NCBI RefSeq assembly: GCF_006345805.1
Contig: NC_043021.1
Location: forward strand, 14,880,001 to 14,944,000
DNA length: 64,000 nucleotides
Source: Octopus sinensis
Taxonomy: Eukaryota
Direction of reading: 5' to 3'
Positions 13,050-25,612 of the stretch are shown piece by piece. The number at the start of each line of letters is the position of its first letter. Position 1 is the stretch's first letter. A model generated the notes under the pieces. That model was not told the origin of the DNA. It searched no databases and saw nothing but the letters and a program-made list of their open reading frames with translations. The position numbers and the translations under genes were made by a program.

Positions 13050-13500
13050 TGTGTGTGTGTATGTGTGTGTGTATAAATATAGGTATATTATATGTAGTAG
13101 ATATGTACAAGCAGTATTGTGAATTAAGCAAACATTTAGATCAGTTTGACCTGTAAAAAAAAAAAAAAATAATAATATTTTCTCTGCAGTTTGCTGCCTG
13201 AGGGTGCCATGAAAAAAATTGTTGGTATTTTGACACCTATTGCCTAAAGCAAGAATTTTCTTCATTGCAAATTGCAGTAACATGGCATTTTTGGTTTTTT
13301 TTTTTTTTACAAGTCACCTATGTCCTAGAATTACTTGAACTGATTAAAATGTGTTTAAATATGCAGTGAACGGAACCTGAAACCAGGAGATTGCAAATGA
13401 GCTTCTTAACCATGTAGCCATGCCATACCCGGTGATGCAAACAAATGCCGAGAGGGATACTTGGGGGTATTTTACTATGTAAAATCTCATTTAAAACATA

Positions 13501-13983
13501 GGTGCAGGCATGGCTGTGTGGTAAGAAGTTTGCTTCCCAGCCACATGGTTCCAGGTTCAGTCCCACCATATGGCACCTTAGTTAAGGGTCTTCTACTATA
13601 GCCTCGGGCCAACCAAAGCCTTGTGAGTGGATTTGGTAGATGGAAACTGAAAGAAGCCTGTCATGCATATATATGTATGTATGCATATATTTGTGTATGC
13701 GTGTGTGTTTGTGCTTGTTTGTACCCCCACCACTGCCATTGCTTGATAACCGATGTTGATGTGTTTATGTCCCTGTAACTTAGTGGTTCAGCAAAAGAGA
13801 CTGATCGAATACATACTAGGCTTACAAAGAATAAGTTCTGGGATTGATTTCTTAGGACTAAAAACCCTATGAAATGACTTAAGGGAGATTTTAGGTTGAT
13901 ATTTAAGGGACATTTAAATAAGGGTTTAAGGCAGTGCTCCTGCATGGCCACAGTCAAATGACTGAAACAAGTAAAAGAGTAAT
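13501..13983 (+). mobile_element. Family C SINE with a roughly 57-bp foreign insert at 13869-13925
   Basis: Collinear with the other family C copies apart from the insert. Confidence 0.85.
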
Positions 13984-14435
13984 ACATATGGTGACCATGG
14001 GTGAATATGTAAAAAATATCAAAATTTAAAAACTGAAAATAGGCCATTTCAAAAGGAAAGCTGCAAGTCCTTGCCCTAGACAAAAGCCTAAGTACCATTC
14101 TTAAGACATGAGTATGGCTTATAATATTCCCAGACAACATGGTACCAATTCCTAACAGCTAGGTGAGGCATTTAATGAAAAACCCCTGTAGTGAATTTGA
14201 AAGTTTTTTAAGTCCTAGTAATCTAATACCCTATCCATTCAGCTATTTCTGTTGCGTACACCCTTGTGAAACTAGGAGAAGAATGAACCAAAGAGGAGAG
14301 GTCTTTATGCAGTCACTCAGCTTGCTAAAAATAGCAGCCCAAAATCTCCCTTAAATCATATCATACTACCTTAAATTTAAAAAAAAACCCAAAAAACAAC
14401 AAAATAAATCCTGCACACATTGAATAATAACAATG

Positions 14436-14467
<32 letters not shown>

Positions 14468-15188
14468 TCTACTAAAAGCACAAGGTCTGAAATTTGGAAG
14501 GAGGGGGTAAGTCGATCACATCGACCCCAGTTCTTGATGGTACTTAATTTATCAACACCAAAAGGAGGAAAGGCAAAATCAACCTCGGTGGAATTTGAAC
14601 TCAGGATGTAGTGGCAGACGAAATACACTCAGTGTGCTAAAAATTCTGCCAGCTCATCGCCTTTAATAATAATAATAATGATGATGGGATAGTCATGATG
14701 GGTATATTGGGCTTTGTACATTTGTGCCCCAGTGTCATTTTGATGGCATGCACTACTCTCTCACTCAATAATAATAATAATCCTTTCTACTAAAGGCACA
14801 AGGCCTGAAATTTTTGGGGAGGGGTGAAGTTGATTACATCAACCCCAGTGTGTCACTGGTACTCTTTTTACCAACCCTGAAAGGATGAAAGGCAAAGTCA
14901 ACCTTGGTGGACTTGGAACTCAGAACAGAAATTTAAAAGAATTGCTGCTTCCACATTTTACACAGCCAATTAGCATGGCACTAATGAAGTCAGGCAGGAG
15001 ATAATGGCATTTTCATGAAGATAATTTTTTACCATTATTTGTTTCTAGTTGCCAGCATGGATTAGACTAGTACACACATTTTTTTTTTTAAATGTTTATC
15101 TAGAATGGTGAAGCTGGGATGTTTTTGCCTCACCCTGCATTTGATCTGGCTTTTTAAGGTCACAGACTCAATCCACCAAATGGTTGAA

Positions 15189-16426
15189 CCCTTTCATTAC
15201 CAACCTGGCTGAAACTGCCTCTAGCTCTGTAGTACAAATGTCTTGTTTTCATAAGTTTTGAATTTTAAAAAATCTTCCACCAAACTTTAGTCACAATTTA
15301 TGTTCCTAACACTAGCTTAATGATAGCTAAGTTATTTTACTAAATTCTTTGTTATATTTAAAATTAATTGAAAGAAAAAGAGAGCATCTCAACAGAAATA
15401 TGGTAACAAAAGGGCTAAAATATATAATAGAGAAACAATTCTTAACCCTTTTGATACCAACCTAGCTGAAACCGCCTCTGTCTCTGTAGTACAAATATCT
15501 TATTTTCAAAAGTTCTGTATTAAAATCTTCCACCAAACCTTAGTCATAATTTATGTTCCTAACACTAGCTTAATGATAACTAAGTTATTTTACTAAATTC
15601 TTTGTTATATTTAAAATTAATTGAAAGAAAAAGAGAGCATCTCAACAGAAATATGGTAACAAAAGGGCTAAAATATATAATAGAGAAACAATTCTTAACC
15701 CTTTTGATACCAACCTAGCTGAAACCGCCTCTGTCTCTGTAGTACAAATATCTTATTTTCAAAAGTTCTGTATTAAAATCTTCCACCAAACCTTAGTCAT
15801 AATTTATGTTCCTAACACTAGCTTAATGATAACTAAGCTATTTTACTAAATTCTTTGTTATATTTAAAGTAATTGAAAGAAACACAGAACATCTCAACAG
15901 AAATATGGTAACAAAAGGGCTAAAATATTATAATAGAGAAACAATTCTTAACCCTTTTGATACCAACCTAGCTGAAACCGCCTCTGTCTCTGTAGTACAA
16001 ATATCTTATTTTCAAAAGTTCTGTATTAAAATCTTCCACCAAACCTTAGTCATAATTTATGTTCCTAACACTAGCTTAATGATAACTAAGTTATTTTACT
16101 AAATTCTTTGTTATATTTAAAGTAATTGAAAGAAACACAGAACATCTCAACAAAATATGGTAACAAAAGGCTAAAATATTATAATAGAGAACAATTCTTA
16201 ACCCTTTTGATACCAACCTAGCTGAAACCGCCTCTGTCTCTGTAGTACAAATATCTTATTTTCAAAAGTTCTGTATTAAAATCTTCCACCAAACCTTAGT
16301 CATAATTTATGTTCCTAACACTAGCTTAATGATAACTAAGCTATTTTACTAAATTCTTTGTTATATTTAAAGTAATTGAAAGAAACACAGAACATCTCAA
16401 CAGAAATACAGTAACGAAAAGGTTAA
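15189..16426. repeat. Tandem array of five piggyBac-like MITEs (period about 253 bp)
   Basis: Unit starts at 15189, 15446, 15699, 15952 and 16202. Each unit reads TTAA CCCTTTT...AAAAGGG(C/T)TAA followed by a roughly 28-bp AT-rich spacer. Confidence 0.9.
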
Positions 16427-17159
16427 TATCAGATGATGGAACCTTGGCTGCCTTTAGCAGAGTTCATTCTGTTGCATGCTTTCAGACCAGCTTTCTGATG
16501 TCAGGATAACTTACTCCCTTCTTTGTATCAGTCTCAAAGACCTTGAAGAATATATAAAGAACCATGGAATGCCACCCATCCCTCTCAAACGAAAATGGTG
16601 AAAAAAAAAACCCCCAAAAAAAGATTTAAAAAATAGTAAAAACTATAACTGCTACAACAAAACTGACAGTAGCAACAACAACAACAACAGTGGCAATGAT
16701 AACAAAAGAATAATAATAGAAACAACAACAACAACCACATTAACAATGAGAATAACAATAATAGTAATAATGATGACACCAATAACAACAACATCAACAA
16801 TAAATTCCAAGTCATAGTTTTTAAGGTGTCAGGGTCACAGGAATTCTATTACAGCTGAGATGTGAAGTGGAAAATTAATAATAAAGCAAAAAAAAAACAA
16901 AAGAAACAAAAACAAACAAACAAAAGTCCTGATGAAAAGCAGACATTATTCCAGTAGAAAATGTTACTAATATATTTTAGTAAAAGGTCACCTAATTATA
17001 CCCCCCCCCCGCATCCCCCCCACCCCTACACGGTTGTATTTGGCTATGGTTATTATTCTAAGTAACTTTTCCACAATCACTATTCAGACATCCTGTGACA
17101 GTAAGGCAAGTTAATTAATAAAAGGAAAAACAGAATAAATATGTTAATGATAGCATCAT

Positions 17160-17400
17160 CATCATCATCATAATCATCATCGTCGTCGTCATGGTAGTTT
17201 TAATGCCAACTCTTTTCAATGCTTGCAAAGGTTGGATGGAGTTTAACTGAGGCAGGTTTATCTACAGCTGGACGCCTTTCCTGTCACCAACCATCACTTG
17301 TTTCCAAGCAAATGTGATGTGCCTCTGTGGCTGGATACGCTTTCACAGAAGATTGGAAATGACTGACACTATCTTACTATGTCAAAATAAGGAGGCATCT
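17160..17400 (-). mobile_element. Old RTE-tail-type repeat (family G); related pieces at about 8380-8580, 33020-33190 and 37090-37530
   Basis: Shared cttgtttccaag and gctgga(c/t)gcc(c/t)ttcctgtcaccaacc motifs and a (GAT)n tail. Confidence 0.55.
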
Positions 17401-17704
17401 GCTCACCCCATAGTGAGTCTCCACTTCAGACAGACAGACACACAATGTGCTTCTTTCAGTTTCCATTTACCATATCCACTCACAAGGTCCTAGTCGGCCT
17501 GTAACTATAATAAAAAAAACACTTGCCCAAGATGTCATGCAGTGGGACTGAACCCAAAACCACATAGTTAAGAAGCAAACTTTTTAACCACACAGCAATA
17601 CCAGCACCTATCTTCAGTAAGCTATAAGCTCTACAGTATGTATTGAGCACTTCCATATCATTTCAACAGAATTCAACACACACACGCATGTGAGAGAATA
17701 AAAA

Positions 17705-17959
17705 GTAAAGGTTCTTCCAACCAAGTTATACTGACTCATAAGGGCCAGTTTTCCGGTTTCCATGATTTCATATATTCCCCACCTGGATGGGACACCGGTC
17801 CATCACAGGAATACCCATTTTTGCCAGCTGAATGGATCGGTGAAACATGAAATGAAATGTTTTGCTCAAGAACACAACACATCGCCCAGTCCAAGAATCG
17901 AAACCACAGTCTTACAATCACGAGACCAACACCCTAACCACTAAGCTACACACGCCTCC
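17705..17959 (-). mobile_element. Family F SINE
   Basis: Reverse-complement match to 34896-35136. Confidence 0.7.
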
Positions 17960-18325
17960 AACACAAGAGAAAAAGGGGGTGAAAGGAATTGGAATACACA
18001 GCTGGTGTTGCCTTATGTTCTTGTATGAAACACTTTATTCTACATTGTCTCAGTTCACTGACTTCTCTGCTGTCAGAAATAAGCATCAGATCACCAGGGA
18101 ATAGTTTGCTGCAAGGGAGTCTCATACAAATCTCACAACTGCTCCAAGGCAAGAAATATAAAGTTGTACATACATACATATACACACACATGTGCATACA
18201 TATACATGCATTCATACTACACTTTTATACTATTTATGTTGCATTTACTATATTTCATTATTATTTTACGATATTTATAGAAATAGTGTCACCATTTATC
18301 GCAATATTTTTGTTATTATAAAACA

Positions 18326-18717
18326 CTAGCTGACCCTGTGCCATCAAAAATGACGTCTAATTGTAGCATTTTATATATAAGTAAGGTACATAATAATCAC
18401 ACATACAAACATTCACATACTTCCCTGGTACGTGCACACACACACACACACACACACATACTCACACAGAGTTGAAACACTGATTTTTTTTTCACCCCTT
18501 CCTTCCTTTCTCTCATTGCTATTACTTTCTCTCACTCCCTCTCAGGCAGGGCTATTACTCTCACTACTTCTCCTTCACTGAATCACTATTTTCTCTCCTC
18601 TCCCTTCATTTATACTACTCTTCCTTCTACTCAGCCCCACTCCTACTCTGTAATTTTGAACATATATATATATATATATATATATATAAACACTATGCTC
18701 ATTATTATATTAGGAGA
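18326..18717 (-). mobile_element. Non-autonomous Helitron with internal microsatellites
   Basis: On the minus strand: A|TCTCCTAATATAATAATG 5' end, decayed hairpin gccatcaaaaatgacgtc, and CTAG|T 3' end. Confidence 0.65.
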
Positions 18718-18733
18718 TTACTCTAGTGAAAAC

Positions 18734-18764
<31 letters not shown>

Positions 18765-18779
18765 TTATATATACACACA

Positions 18780-18967
18780 TGAGGGGGGGCTGAAAGGTTC
18801 CTAATTTGAATGAATAAATACAAGAAGATCAGTTAATTATGATTTCATTCAAAACCTACCCCTTTGAGATTCACACACTTATTTGCCAAAGTCCTTCAGT
18901 TTTTCTAAGCCCTGTAACAGAACTCAGACAGTTGGGCCTCCAACCAGGAACTTTTCAGCACCCCACT
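18780..18967. mobile_element. Mariner-type MITE, uninterrupted sister of 28560-29141
   Basis: TIRs gagggggggctgaaaggttcc / ggaacttttcagcacccc and a shared internal sequence. Confidence 0.7.
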
Positions 18968-19583
18968 GTAACGTACATTATATACATATATATATAAAGA
19001 CAGAGAGAGAGGCAGAAAATTAGCACAGTGTCCTGTCATCAACCCTCGCAATATATATTCCCATAGCCAGATAATGTTTTTCATTGAAAACTAGAAACAT
19101 AACATTTCTTGTAGGGTGCTGAGGCATATTTACAATCATCACATGATGTCAAGACAAAACTATACACAAACACAAAATCACACACATTCATACATCTTTC
19201 ATCTTTTACTTGTTTCAGTCATTAGACTACAGCCATGCTGGGGCACAGCCTTTAAGGTCTTTTTTTTTAGTCAAATAAATCAGCCCCAGTACTTATTCTA
19301 TCAATCTCTTTTGACAAACTGTTAAGTTACAAGGATGTAAACACACCAACACCAATTGTAATGGGGAAACACACACACACACACACACACGATGGACTTC
19401 TTGAGTTTTCATCTGCCAAATCCAGTCAGAAGGCCCTGGCTGTCTTGTGGTTATTTATAGAAGACAGTTGCTTAAGGTGCCATGTAGTAAGACTGAACCT
19501 GGAACCATGTGGTTAAGAAGCAAGCTTCATATCACTTAGCAACACACACATACACACACAGATATATATATGTTCACATAGTG

Positions 19584-19885
19584 AAGGCACATAGCACAAT
19601 GGTAGTGAGTTCGAATCCCAGACTGGGCTGCATGTTGTGTTCTTGAGCAAGACACTTCATTTTACGTTGCTCCAGTTCACTCAACTGTAGAAAGGAGTTG
19701 CAACATCACTGGTGCCAAGCTGTATCAGCCCCTTTGCCTTTCTCTTCGACAACATCAGTGGCATGGAGAGGAGAGGCTGGTACGGATGGACATTTACTGG
19801 TCTTCCATGAACAACCTTGCTCGGATTTGTGCCTCGGAGGGAAACTTTCTAGGTGCAGTCCCATGATCATTCATGACTGAAGGCA
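19584..19885 (+). mobile_element. Family D SINE
   Basis: Collinear with 24734-25066. Confidence 0.75.
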
Positions 19886-20187
19886 GGGTCTAATATTCAC
19901 ATACCTACATACACACTACAGACTTCTTTAAATTTTTCTCTACCAGGTACACACATGAAGCTTTGGTTGGCCTGGGGTCATAGTAGATGACACTTGCCCA
20001 AGATACTGTGCAAAAGGCCTGAACCCAAGAACCACATGGTTGGAAAGCAAGCTTCTAAACCACACAGCCACATCTGCATCTAGCATATATTAAAAAAATT
20101 ATATTTAAATCATGAAATTATGTCAACTGAAAAGCATTGAATAATCCTTCAGTTTTTTTATATATAACTTCACATAATCCTAAGCAC

Positions 20188-20760
20188 AGGATTGGCTCTG
20201 TGTGGTAAGAAACTTGCTTTTCAGCCACATGATTCCAGGTTCAGTCCCACTGTGTGGCACCTTGAGCAAGTGTCGTCTACTATAGTCTCAGGTCGACCAA
20301 AGCCTTTTGAGTGGATTTGGTAGACGGAAACTGAAATAGTGGTGACACTACTCTATTTCTATAAATATCGTAAAATAATAATGAAATATATTAAATGCAA
20401 CATAAATAGTATAAAAGTGTAGTATGAATGCATGTATATGTATGCACATATGTGTGTATATGTATGTATGTATGTATGTATGTACTACATTATATTTCAT
20501 ACCTTGGAGCAGTTGTGAGATTAGTATGAGACTCCCTTGCATATGTGTGAGTGTGTGTGTCTTTGGGTTTGTCCCCCCACCATAGCTTGACAACTGATGG
20601 TGGTGTGTTTATGTTCCTGTAACTTAGCAGTTCAGCGAAAGAGACCAATAAAATAAGTACTAGGCTTACAAAGAACATGTCCTGGGGTTGATTTCTTCGA
20701 CTAAAACCCTTTAAGGCAAGTGCTCCAGCATGACAACATTTAATAGAAAAAAAATAAAAG
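20188..20760 (+). mobile_element. Family C SINE whose centre is replaced by an inverted copy of 18110-18294
   Basis: Head 20188-20336, insert 20340-20541, tail 20542-20760. Confidence 0.8.
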
Positions 20761-20779
20761 AATTAAATACACACACACA

Positions 20780-21007
20780 TCATCATCATTGTTGTTCGAC
20801 CGTAGTCGAGACAATGGAATTTACCATGCTACGCCAGACTTCACAGGCCATCATAGCATTACGGAGGTCCAGATGCTGGATGCCTGTATCCCCGGAGATT
20901 ACATCAGGGTATGAGAGTGTGCGCCCTCTGGTATCGCGAGTAGATGGCTTCCAGAAGAGAAGAGTAGAAATTGCCTCGTATTCAGCTCTACAACAATGTC
21001 CAGCAAA
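20780..21007 (-). mobile_element. 5'-truncated RTE-X-like LINE with an open C-terminal frame
   Basis: FAGHCCRAEYEAISTLLFWKPSTRDTRGRTLSYPDVISGDTGIQHLDLRNAMMACEVWRSMV...* followed by a (TGA)n tail. It is CpG-rich, so probably young. Confidence 0.8.
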
Positions 21008-21599
21008 CTAGGCTTCCACACAGTTTCCATCAACAAAATTTCACTTACAAGGCAGTAGTCTACCAAAGGCTACGATAGAAAACACTTGCCTGAAGAGGCA
21101 ACACAGTGGGATCAAATCCTGAAACACGTGGGTGCAAAGCACTCTTCTTCAGCACACAGTATTTATGTAATAAACTGTGTCAGACGGAAGACTATATTAA
21201 CCTATATTAGCATATGTTAAACATACGAGATATATACATACATATATATATATATACATAATATAAAAACTATGACAGAGTCAACAATACATTAAGATAT
21301 ACCAGCATATGTTATTTGTATTAAATAGTTCTCCATTAAGAAAGTTTGAAATATAACACTAGGGTTCTACGGCGAATGATGACAGTAGAGGCCTTGCTTC
21401 TATGAGCTAACACACAAAGTGGCCTTTTATGAGGTGTCTTGAGCTACAAGATATAGTAGCTAAATATCCCTTAAATAACACCCTAGAGTCTTCAAAAAAA
21501 AAAAGTCATCTTTGCATCCTTCTTCGTTTTCTAATTAAATTAAAGGCATACCAGCGAAAACGATGAGTCTCCCCTTGTTATTACATCCATTTTCTTCTC

Positions 21600-21630
<31 letters not shown>

Positions 21631-21639
21631 TATATATAA

Positions 21640-22310
21640 CAGGGTGTGGGTAAGGTATTTGAGGACATAGCTTTTTGGGTCACTGCTGCATTTTTTGCTA
21701 ACTGTATAATCTTTGTTGTCTGGGGAGAGTCATTTTCTTTTTGTGCTTTACAATGTAACACACTCACCGGTAAAATTTCCACTTATTTCTTATTTTTATT
21801 TTCCTAAAATTTCCACTTATTTCTTGCAACCTTTTCAATAGTCTTGAGAGTCAACACTATTGAAAAGGTTGCAAGATGCAATGAAAATTTTAGGAAAATA
21901 AAAATAAGAAATAAGTGGAAATTTTACTGGTGAGTGTGTTAAATCATAAGGCACAAAAAGAAAATGACTCTCACCAGACACAACAGAATATGCTTCAACA
22001 CACAAACTCAAATAAAGAATATTGCAAACCAAATCCAAAAACGAAATGTATAATCTTTGTTTCAGAAAATAATAACGCCAGACCCTCAGCTTACTGAAGA
22101 AATGAAGAGGCATGCTGTTATTGTGGTTTATAAAGGCTGAGCATAGTGATTTAGAAATATCTTGAATCTTAAAAGTTGTCAGATCTTTCATCTACAAAGT
22201 TTATAAGGGGTTAGAGACTGAAGTTGGAAACATATCACCAGTATCAAAGCATAAAAAGCATTCTAAAACACTCTGAAATCATCAGAACACCTGAATTTAT
22301 CCAGCAAGTA
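21640..22310 (+). mobile_element. Tc1/mariner element 5' part (left TIR plus decayed transposase N-terminus), interrupted by a palindromic insertion
   Basis: TIR cagggtgtgggtaaggtatttgaggaca at 21640-21666. From ATG 22102, with frameshifts and a stop: MKRHAVIV.IKAEHSDLEIS*.LKVVRSFIYKV...SKHKKHS..SEIIRTPEFIQQV, a mariner HTH-type N-terminus. Confidence 0.75.
21715..21984. repeat. About 270-bp near-perfect palindrome, probably a Penelope-like retroelement end in inverted configuration
   Basis: Arms 21715-21842 and 21856-21984 with a 13-nt loop. The insertion is bounded by the 15-bp direct repeat TGTATAATCTTTGTT (21703-21717, 22047-22061). Confidence 0.8.
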
Positions 22311-22915
22311 AATGAGCAACATAAATGAAGGGCTTTGATCCAGGAACTGAACTCACAGCCTCATGATTGCAAACCAAGCACCCTAACCATTCGGCCACAG
22401 ATGCCCAACTCTCTAAAATAAATTTGTTACACAGTGACTATCAACTAGGATTATTTACTGAATTGCTTAACATTTTTTTTTCTAACTTTTTGTTTGTCTG
22501 TGTGTCTTTCGAAAATCAACTAATGATTTTGACATTTGTTTATTCTCTAAAAGAACAAACACCCTAATAAAAAACAACACTAAAACATAATGTTGTACAA
22601 AACACGAGCCAATGAAGATGCCTCTGCTTGGCCACTTAAGTTGCTAGAAATAGCATTATCCAATGTGATTCAAGGGATACTTGGCTACTATTTTTATGGG
22701 TCTACATTACTCAATATAATCTCCTTTTTTAAAAACTGTCGGGTGTGGTTCAAGGTACTTTCTTTCATTGACCCTCCAAGGTCAATGAAATAAAGTACCA
22801 GTCAAATACTAGAGTCAATATTATCAACACTTCCCCCTCCTCTCAAAATTACTGGTCTCTTGTACATCCATTAGAAACCATTAACAGAAAAGATATTATT
22901 TAGTTTCATCTTTCT

Positions 22916-23325
22916 TGGCTGTGTGGTAAGTAGCTTGCTTACTAGCCACATGGTTCTGGGTTCAGTCCCACTGTGTGGCACCTTGGGTAAGTGTTTTCTA
23001 CTATAGCCTCGGGATGACCAAAGCCTTGTGAATGGATTTGGTAGACGGAAACTGAAAGAAGCCCGTCATATATATGTATGTATATATATACTTATATATA
23101 TATATGTATGTATGTATATGTTTGTGTGTCTGTGTTTGTCCCCCCCAGCATCACTTGACAACCGATGCTGGTGTGTTTACATCCCCGTAACTTAGCAGTT
23201 CAGCAAAAGAGACCGATAGAATAAGTACTAGGCTTACAAAGAATAAGTCCTGGGGTCGATTTGCTCGACTAAAGGTGGCGCTCCAGCATGGCTGCAGTCA
23301 AATGACTGAAACAAGTAAAAGAGCA
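22916..23325 (+). mobile_element. Family C SINE
   Basis: Collinear with 36415-36858. Confidence 0.85.
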
Positions 23326-23739
23326 AAAGAGCCAAGAGTTCAAGGTTCAAACCTCATGGGTGGCCTTGTTTTTGTTTGTTTTTTTTTTCTTCCACCGTCT
23401 CATGTATTCAGAAATTTAAAAAAAATTTATCCCAGGAAAAATAATTGTCAGGGAAGTGATGGTGGTGGTAGGGAATCCAGTTTAATAAACTCAATTATTC
23501 CCTCGTCATAATGAAATTTAACCTTGTACTTAATTAAAGAAAGATATCAATACACACCCATACACATGTTCATACATGTGCAGATTAACACACACACACA
23601 CACGTTCAATCACACACAAGCATGTTCAATGTTTCACACATACATTCACTCACACACATACGCACACACGCACTCTATTAACAATGAAACAAGCAACCTA
23701 ATAACTACTAGGTTCTCAATATTCATTTACTAAAACAAT

Positions 23740-23857
23740 GGATGTGTGTGTGTGTGTGTGTGTGTGACAGTGCATGTTTGTGTGTGTGAGAGAGTGCATG
23801 TTTGTGTGTGTGAGAGAGTGTGTGTGTGCATGTTTGAGTGTGAGAGAGAGAAAGTGA

Positions 23858-23901
<44 letters not shown>

Positions 23902-24250
23902 ATGTGTGTGATAGAGAGATGAGACAATGTGGCAGAGAAAGTGAGAGAAACAAAGCAGCCTGAAGAGACAGGAGTGAGCAAGAGAGAGAGACCAGTGTGT
24001 GTGTGTGAGAGAGAGAGAGAGAGACCAGTGTGTATGTGAGAGAGAGAGAGAGACCAGTGTGTATGTGTGAGAGAGAGAGAGAGAGACCAGTGCGTATGTG
24101 TGAGAGAGACCAGTGCGTACATGTGAGAGAGACCAGTGTCTATGTGTGTGAGAGAGAGAGACAAGAGTGAGAAAAAGTGAGGGACAGATAGTAAGATAAA
24201 GAACAAGTGAATGAAACAGATAGACAGACAGAATGAGAGAGAGAGAGTTA
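23740..24250. repeat. (TG)n/(AG)n compound tract with a recurring GACCAGTG unit
   Basis: gagagaccagtg occurs about six times between 23985 and 24140. Confidence 0.9.
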
Positions 24251-24420
24251 TCAGCTCAGTTTAGAGTGTAACAATAGAAGAGAAAATCAAGACAAACAAC
24301 CCATGTTAGTTTGTCATGCTAAAATGATTATGTAATTGACATAAATAATAACGACGACGACGACAACAACAACAATAATAATAATAAAAAAATAATATGA
24401 AGAAAAAGAAAAAGAACTTG

Positions 24421-24706
24421 GGTCACATTCCAGTAGTTTTGGGGGCACTGAGAGCACTAAAGACTAAGTTTGGGAAGTGTGTTGAGGAAATTGGAATTGA
24501 TATGAGGGAAGAACGGGGCTCAAAAAACAACAACAAAAAAAACCCTGCTCTAATGGGGACAGCGAGGATTTCATGATTGGTACTTGGGCGTTAAGTATCA
24601 TGGAAAGCGATCCTGTGAGACTTCTGACAGCAGGTTGCTACCCACTTCTCTCACAGACCTAACCAGAGCAAGTAAAATCAGAAGCTTTGAGAAGTAAGAT
24701 GATAAT
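24421..24706 (+). mobile_element. RLE-type (R4/Dong/NeSL-like) LINE 3' end next to an (AAC/AAT)n tract
   Basis: IPVVLGALRALKTKFGKCVEEIGIDMREE...ALMGTARI..LVLG* resembles the C-terminus after the restriction-like endonuclease. Confidence 0.7.
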
Positions 24707-24733
24707 CCTTCCTTACTATATAGGCATGTAGAA

Positions 24734-25066
24734 GGCGCATGGCTCAGTGGTTAGAGCGTCGAGCTTACGATCGTGAGGTTGTGAGCTCGAATCCCGGACC
24801 GGGCTGCGTGTTGTGTTCTTGAGCAAGACACTTTATTTCACGTTGCTCCAGTTCACTCAGCTGTAGAAATGAGTTGCGACGTCACAGGTGCCAAGCTGTA
24901 TCGACCTTTGTCTTTCCCTTGGATAACACTGGTGGTGTGGAGAGGGGAGGCTGGTATGCATGGGCGACTGCTGGTCTTCCATAAACAACCTTGCCCGGAC
25001 TTGTGTCTAGGAGGGTAACTTTCTAGGTGCAATCCCATGGTCATTCATGACCGAAGGGGGTCTTTA
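24734..25066 (+). mobile_element. tRNA-derived SINE, family D (intact A/B boxes)
   Basis: GGCGCATGGCTCAGTGGTTAGAGC...CTCGAATCCCG head. A roughly 14-bp duplication TTACTATATAGGCA flanks it. Other copies lie at 1-112, 19584-19885 and 27231-27559. Confidence 0.85.
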
Positions 25067-25292
25067 CCTTTCTACCTTTACTATATAGGCACAAGGCCTG
25101 AAATTTTGGGGGAGGGGGCAAGTCGATTACATTAACCATAGTGTTTCATTGGTAGTTAATTTATCAACCCCATTCCCCCAAGGATGAAAAGTAAAGTCAA
25201 CCCTGGTGGAATTTGAACTCAGAACATAAGGGCAAACAAAATACACTAAGCATTTTCCCCAGTGTGCTAATGATTCTGCCAGCTCCCTGCCC

Positions 25293-25612
25293 TAATACTC
25301 TTACTCGTTTCAGTCATTTGACTGTGGCCATACTGGAGCACTGCCTTTAGTCAAGCAAATTGACACCAGGACTTATTCTTTGGAAGCCTAGTATTCATAT
25401 CGGTCTCTTTTGCCAAACTACTAAGTTACGAGGATGTAAACACACCAGCATCGGTTGTCAAGTGATGTTGGGGGAGACAAACACAGACACACAAACATAC
25501 ACACACACATACACACACACACACACGACGGGCTTCTTTCAGTTTCCATCTACCAAATCCACTCACAAGGCTTTGGTCAGCCTGAGGCTATAGTAGAAGA
25601 CACTTGCCCACA
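25293..25612 (-). mobile_element. Family C SINE, 5'-truncated and joined to a family B copy
   Basis: Junction cttgcccacaaggcctga shows CAAGG microhomology. Confidence 0.8.

Noticed and set aside
24734-24806. tRNA-Val-like cloverleaf
   Set aside because: It continues into a SINE body present in four copies and has no proper acceptor stem or terminator, so it is a SINE head and not a tRNA gene.
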